DNA of 64,000 nucleotides from Vicugna vicugna (taxonomy: Eukaryota). Below are positions 63,685 through 64,000 of this stretch, piece by piece. The DNA lies in the NCBI GenBank assembly GCA_013265495.1, contig MU058453.1, forward strand, positions 1 to 64,000. Reading direction: 5' to 3'. Below the pieces are notes generated by a model. That model was given only the letters and a program-made list of their open reading frames with translations. It did not search any database and was not told the origin of the DNA. The translations under genes were made by a program, and so were the position numbers. How positions within the stretch are numbered: position 1 is the stretch's first letter; every line of letters starts with the position of its first letter.

Positions 63685-64000
63685 TGTAGGAGGAAAGAAC
63701 AAACCAAGACTCCATATTAGATCTGTTCCTTTTCCTTTAACCCTGTGCCCTGTTCTCTAGGCTTAGTCTTGCTAGCTCTGCATCTTTTTATAGAACAATG
63801 TTGCCTTTAGCGTGAAATAGACAGGAGAGCCTATTCTTGGGGCTCTGACCTTTAAGGATGTCAGCACTTCTGCACTCCTACAAAGGTAACAAGCTGCAGA
63901 ATAGAAAACCACCTTTGTTTTGTTGGAGGTTTTACAGGGGCACCCTGACCTGACCCACTTGGACAGCTGCAAAGGGTTCCCAGAACAAAGAACTCCTGCA
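63685..64000 (+). mobile_element. ERV LTR, 5' part, truncated by the window end
   Basis: TGTA start (tgtaggaggaaagaacaaaccaagactccatattagatctg), abrupt drop in GC, U3-like composition; family not assigned. Confidence 0.5.

Noticed and set aside
1..64000. CRISPR arrays, rRNA genes, prokaryotic systems
   Set aside because: None seen; the sequence is mammalian with spliceosomal introns, SINEs and LINEs.

Overview
Mammalian genomic DNA from a draft assembly with 8 N-gaps; two tRNA-derived Vic-1-like SINEs point to a camelid. The window reads as a mosaic of duplicated gene pieces. (1) ~3.2-23.9 kb, + strand: an intron-containing ARHGAP20-like gene (PH, RA and RhoGAP domains). I could splice 12 exons in frame with canonical GT-AG sites. 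The catalytic arginine finger is lost (GIFR to RIFL), one GAP exon is tandemly duplicated, and the long C-terminal tail is missing. (2) ~28.4-52.6 kb, - strand, GC-rich: decayed ADGRB1/BAI1 duplicates, namely TSP1 and HormR exon relics plus three copies of the first coding exon, two of them inside a young 5.0-kb tandem duplication. In those two copies a frameshift joins the ADGRB1 signal peptide to a new 74-aa ORF that ends in RELR plus a 34-aa six-cysteine peptide. (3) ~52.6-55 kb, - strand: two orphan VPS8 exons with intact splice sites. (4) L1 fragments, then a CpG island at 60-63.3 kb built from nested direct and inverted repeats with duplicated minus-strand splice donors, and an LTR at the window end. 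Parts 2-4 are co-oriented and may form a chimeric transcription unit converging on the ARHGAP20-like gene. All homology calls rest on my recollection of the human proteins, not on database searches.
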